A DNA stretch of 63,778 nucleotides, filler included, from Octopus bimaculoides (lineage: Eukaryota): assembly GCF_001194135.2 (NCBI RefSeq). It is 4 parts of 4 records of this genome, joined end to end, with 100 filler letters (N's around TTAATTAATTAA, not from the genome) between each part and the next. Parts side by side here need not be neighbours in the genome. Positions count along the whole stretch, not along the records: positions 61,693 to 63,778 come from NC_068985.1; 3 more parts are not named here. One strand, given 5' to 3'. The notes beneath the pieces were generated by a model. The model had not been told where the DNA came from and ran no database searches. It was given only the letters and a program-made list of their open reading frames with translations. Positions 63,551 to 63,778 of the stretch are shown here, piece by piece. The position numbers were made by a program, and so were the translations under genes. The number at the start of each line of letters is the position of its first letter. Position 1 is the first letter of the stretch.

Positions 63551-63778
63551 GAAACAATAAGATATAAGTGGCAAATTTGAAATGTTATGCGCCTCTAGCG
63601 GATTCCCCCTTTCAAACGCTTGAAGACACCTTCCTCTCTCCTTCTCTCCTAACATTCTTGGAGGCTCTCTAAATGATTATGGACACTGCCCTTCACTCAA
63701 TAACTAAAAAAACAGAAAAAGTCATTACATTGTTCTTCTTTATAAATAATTACATCTTTACATTTTTGATTTTATAAA

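Overview
AT-rich animal non-coding DNA saturated with microsatellites and dead transposons. The SINE repertoire, the abundance of R4/Dong-like and Penelope-like relics and the microsatellite density point to an octopus (coleoid cephalopod) genome; this is inference, not a database result. I can support no host protein-coding exon, tRNA, rRNA or CRISPR array, and nearly every long ORF in the supplied track is an N-gap or microsatellite artefact. Recognisable content: a near-complete but dead Helitron (about 7.06-11.3 kb, minus strand); four 5'-truncated R4/Dong-like retrotransposons, three ending in (TAA)n; a decayed Tigger/pogo transposase; three RTE-like and three Penelope-like fragments; about 20 tRNA-derived SINE copies or fragments from at least three families; several hairpins; and 15-bp and 18-bp minisatellites. 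Three artificial 100-bp N44-TTAATTAATTAA-N44 spacers split the window into four separately assembled pieces. The least ordinary structure is a compound satellite at 58.2-61.6 kb: ~300-bp cores separated by variable (GAA)n/(CAA)n tracts and arranged as an alternating A/B dimer. Each core carries a degenerate hammerhead-like hairpin on the + strand and a mostly stop-free ~70-codon frame on the - strand. I found no convincing new biological system; this array is the best candidate for follow-up.
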